Origin: a virus
Lineage: Duplodnaviria > Caudoviricetes
IMG/VR virus record: IMGVR_UViG_3300042922_000258
Coordinates: 1 to 60,974 of that record
Direction: 5' to 3' (one strand)
DNA length: 60,974 nucleotides
Shown here: in pieces, positions 59,901 through 60,974 of the stretch
How positions within the stretch are numbered: position 1 is the first letter of the stretch
How the letters are laid out: the number at the start of each line of letters is the position of its first letter
The notes under the pieces: model-generated
The model's database searches: none
What the model was told of the DNA's origin: nothing
Seen by the model: the letters and a program-made list of their open reading frames with translations, nothing else
Program-made: the position numbers and the translations under genes

Positions 59901-60456
59901 ATGGGATTATGCCACCGATTATATTACTACGTATTCAGATACGGCAAAAAAAGAAATGCCAAAAGTAGTAACGGCGGTAAATGACGCTTATTCCGAAATT
60001 GATAAAGCGGTTAAGGATTGGAAGCTTCCTGATTTAGTGGCAGCGGTCAAGGTAGACACGAGCGCGCTAACTGAGTTTATGAAGTCACAAACCGGAAGTA
60101 ATATTATCGATTACTCGATGAATAAGTACAAACCCAAGAAATATGCAACTGGCGGTTTTCCTAACACCGGAGAAGCATTTATTGCTCGTGAAAATGGCAT
60201 CCCCGAAATGGTTGGCAAGTGGGGTAATCGCACGGCGGTTGCTAATAATGACCAAATAAGAGGCGGTATTGCTGATGCTGTCAAAGGAGCTTTAATTGAG
60301 GTTTTGGTTCCGGTCATAGGTCAAATAGGCGGCTCAAGAAATAATCCAACCATCGAAGTTCCGCTTTACCTAGACGGCGAAGAATTGGCTAGAGGTATTT
60401 ACAATGGGCAACAGAGTTACGAGGGAAGAATGAACCCTGTCAAAGTAGGAGGTTGA
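56917..60456 (+). CDS. Tape measure protein
   Basis: 1179 aa, Ala/Leu-rich helical, hydrophobic central segment, C-terminal YATGG...GE...PE.V and LDGEEL motifs. Confidence 0.93.
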   Translation: MADNTMDRLEIEVQAQASKANAELEKLVGKLERVSGSLSKINASGLQGLANGVQKLSISMQGMSNVKTADFSRLAKNIEKLGSIDQAKINGTASALRTISSVLTASTGFTSGATQITELANSISRLGYKSASTAITNIPLMANALRGLMQTLATSPNVSKNLIDMTNALANLSNQGSKVRSATNSINGSLKKYSSSAKQASANTRNFSLSLAGLYAKLWLVRRAIGLLSGSIKKSMDFGETINLFQTSFKKIGVDTATDLGMEMGSAASEEFAKGFIDRAKAFNEKITDALSLDPEMMMKYQAVFAQMSNSMGLTAESAMNVSESLTLLGNDIASLWNIDTADAMTKLQSGLAGQIRPLRELGVDISKTSLEMYALKYGIKDSVENMSQAAKVQLRWLAIMEQTEVAFGDMAKTIDSPANQLRILSQQWTNLTRSIGNVFLPIVTTVLPYINALVIALRRMVDTLATAMGFELPDYTDTNIYTDVTGDIEGIGDGADETKDSVDSLKKSLMSFDSLNILSKGKTKGIGLDVGSGYGELDDAINEKTASYMAKFNEELEKMSNKADTLADGIERFFSLVGDKVRPTTEAFKTLWNEGLSKLGGFVGDNLVSFYKNFLSPVGTWTLGVGLPSLFETANNLLNDIDWKTLNQSFTNLYKALSPFAISIGTGLINFVDGLVDILTPAVKLTVDGFSKALNGLATIISLIPESTAIAIGGAIGGIATAFLIFAGADLVAGIILKISGAIKTMLATLTAHPLLLLAGGLAAIAGAAIALEKARFDASSVGKYVDKVDSLVEASKDLNDEIATLLKNQKERTTGIENEYGAIKILADKYFDLADQTSLTNDEQLLMKAYADELIGAVPELSSLIDEQTGAYKGTKDEIEALITKTKEYYLVQAAQESLIEIAKAQYKAEKDLKDLEEERKTAVELLADKQAEYNDTIGVGNTNLHTASEEQKEAAKKSNELRTEISALEGTVDSLDTQINTTTGSQQDLNNEWDYATDYITTYSDTAKKEMPKVVTAVNDAYSEIDKAVKDWKLPDLVAAVKVDTSALTEFMKSQTGSNIIDYSMNKYKPKKYATGGFPNTGEAFIARENGIPEMVGKWGNRTAVANNDQIRGGIADAVKGALIEVLVPVIGQIGGSRNNPTIEVPLYLDGEELARGIYNGQQSYEGRMNPVKVGG

Positions 60457-60460
60457 TGTT

Positions 60461-60823
60461 ATGATATACGAAATTAATGGAACCCCATTAAAGACACCAG
60501 CCTCCTGTACATGGGGGTACAATTTTATATCAGGTGAGAATAGCGGTAGAGACACGCTTGATAGCTTAATGCACATAGAGGAACTCGGAACTAAGCGGAA
60601 ACTGAGCGGTGTAGTTTGGAATAACATCACCAACACCGAAGCAACCGAAATCCTTCAGCTTGTTACATCCAAACGAATGATGTTGCTAAAATATGATGAT
60701 TTGTTAAGTGGTAACATTGAAACTCGAACTTTTTATATAAGCGATCCGTCCGCACAAGTATATCGATGGAGTGTTGGCATGAAGATTATTGCGGTGCTTG
60801 GGTTTGATTTCATAGAACAATAA
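60461..60823 (+). CDS. Distal tail (Dit-like) protein
   Basis: After the tape measure gene; INGT..KTP, SGR....MH, FY, FDFIEQ. Confidence 0.75.
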   Translation: MIYEINGTPLKTPASCTWGYNFISGENSGRDTLDSLMHIEELGTKRKLSGVVWNNITNTEATEILQLVTSKRMMLLKYDDLLSGNIETRTFYISDPSAQVYRWSVGMKIIAVLGFDFIEQ

Positions 60824-60974
60824 GCAATCGAGATAAGAATAGGCGGTGAGAACCCCATGATAAATACATCAAATGAATATAAACAAGTCATCCTGGGTGA
60901 CAATAGAAAGTTTTACGGCGGCGCAACAATTACTTTGCTTGACGGCACGATTTTGACTTTGGACCAAAGTCAAA

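Noticed and set aside
102-60284. TTGACNGCA as simply sigma-A -35 boxes or a recurring peptide
   Set aside because: Position 6 varies (A/G/C/T) while GCA is fixed, most copies are intragenic with no obvious -10, and the copies fall in different reading frames and strands.
648-60636. Many 60-240 aa ORFs overlapping or antisense to larger genes (e.g. 13998-14477, 56712-57278, 58860-59573)
   Set aside because: These are shadow frames without an RBS or recognisable motifs.
60838-60974. Terminal direct repeat or hairpin telomere
   Set aside because: It falls at the start of a tail gene and is best explained as assembly overlap; the last 11 nt are a fold-back read artefact, and no protelomerase is recognisable.

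Overview
The window is an apparently complete, circularly permuted genome of about 60,837 bp from a temperate siphovirus of a low-GC Firmicute, probably a Clostridia/Lachnospiraceae-like host (inferred). Bases 1-126 recur at 60838-60963. The + strand late operon (about 43-60.8 kb, continuing through 1-10.5 kb) encodes TerS, TerL, an SPP1-type portal, scaffold, capsid, neck, tail tube, a tail chaperone with a -1 frameshift, tape measure, Dit, three tail-tip/fibre genes, an O-acetyltransferase, a Xer-type recombinase, two holins and an M15 endolysin. A long - strand early operon (31.8 to 10.5 kb) encodes an SLT, a Rad50-like ATPase, a RecT-like annealase, an MBL nuclease, SSB, ERCC4, CHC2, two PAPS-reductase-family proteins and a C5 methyltransferase; an ISL3-type transposase without visible terminal repeats sits inside it on the opposite strand. 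The integrase and an intact attP (3' part of tRNA-Leu(AAG)) lie at 32.4-33.9 kb. They are followed by an accessory block (LexA-box promoter, XRE regulator, lipoprotein, ParM/ParR, three small membrane proteins, a VirB4/HerA-like ATPase) and a second CI/Cro switch that drives VirE and an iteron origin. The three most unusual signals are: (1) a non-palindromic motif, TTGACNGCA, found at least 52 times across the genome against about 1-2 expected; (2) a tail-fibre C-terminal cassette bounded by two similar imperfect palindromes next to a dedicated tyrosine recombinase; (3) a ParM/ParR plus pilin-like/ATPase module behind a sporulation-sigma-like promoter. All counts and alignments were made by eye; no database searches were run.
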